Positions 63,373 to 64,000 of a stretch of 64,000 nt of DNA are shown here, piece after piece; position 1 is the first letter of the stretch, and every line of letters begins with the position of its first letter. The notes beneath the pieces were generated by a model that saw nothing but the letters and a program-made list of their open reading frames with translations, made no database searches and was not told where the DNA came from. Source of the DNA: Azolla caroliniana (Eukaryota; Plantae; Polypodiophyta); the NCBI GenBank assembly GCA_043228905.1, contig JBHGNT010000001.1, positions 20,274,001 through 20,338,000 on the forward strand, in the 5' to 3' direction. The position numbers and the translations under genes are program-made.

Positions 63373-64000
63373 TGTCGTGTTACGCGCGTGCGTGGAGAAC
63401 GGGGCAGGACCATCGGGGTCTTGGACCGAGAAATAGCTGAGAAGGAGGAGAACGGAAAGGGAACAGACGCACTTGCACACGCACAGACACGGGAGCCCAC
63501 AGAAATCACAGTTCAACAACACAGCAAAACGAGACGACTAGAAATCCAAGTATATGAACACGTATGTATATAAATAAATAAATATATATCAAGACGGTTA
63601 CAACTAACAGGCCGACAAGGCGAACACCGACGCCTGTTCACTCACACAAAGAAGAGCGAGATGGGGACTCTGCCGGAAGCACATGGGCGTTCCTCGGAGC
63701 AGAGTTTGCCTCCCAAAACCTGCGCATAAAATGGTTATGGAGAATGGCAGAGGAGAAGGGCTCGGTCCCAGTCCGGCAGCACTTCGTCCCCTCTAACGCG
63801 CGATACCTTTTTCATTCCTCTCGCTCTCTTTTATAGCTCAAGGAGGGAGGCTGTTATAATCCGTTACATCACATTAATTCTCTGTCCTTTCGGACAGAGA
63901 TACACCTCAATTCTCTCCCTATTGAATGCGTGCTACCTAGGATTTCACCTCAGCCGACTTGTACCTACCTACTTACCATACAACAAAAAGTGTGCTTGCG
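63373..64000 (-). mobile_element. Gypsy LTR (same group as 61380), runs off the window end
   Basis: TGTCGTGTTACGCGCGTGCGTGG...GAAATAGCTGAGAAGGA matches the LTR ends at 61380 and 50385. TATA-like CTATAAAAG on minus near 63828-63836. Confidence 0.85.

Noticed and set aside
63431-63470. Splicing as the cause of LTR truncations (minus strand has a pyrimidine tract plus CAG)
   Set aside because: Both breakpoints (about 50456 and 61456) retain the CAG and part of the tract, which fits microhomology deletion rather than intron removal.

Overview
Eukaryotic nuclear DNA from a land plant, most likely a large-genome seed-free plant such as a fern (inferred from gene style and TE lineages). The window holds one host gene: a 3-exon INDETERMINATE DOMAIN zinc-finger transcription factor of the IDD14/15/16 (SGR5/LPA1) type, CDS 13989-16686. 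It sits in about 20 kb of AT-rich DNA with no recognisable intact TE. To its left is a decayed L1-type LINE split by a solo LTR. To its right, 25595-64000 is almost all nested transposons, whose order can be read from target-site duplications (TSDs): (1) a complete hAT element with 17-bp TIRs and an 8-bp TSD, containing a young Copia; (2) an older Copia containing a gag-only Gypsy derivative, which itself contains a 1-kb solo LTR; (3) a third Copia containing a solo LTR and a Gypsy, which contains a fourth Copia; (4) a local ~2-kb duplication. The most unusual signals belong to the Gypsy group: a tRNA-Trp primer site, a 4-bp TSD with CG-centred targets, a virus-like G_GAU_UUU-UAG -1 frameshift cassette between protease and RT, and a tRNA-like Pol III A/B-box module inside one LTR. 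The Copia elements show a conserved hairpin around the polypurine tract (PPT), and two of them carry a duplicated PPT. All calls were made by eye; no database search or folding program was run.
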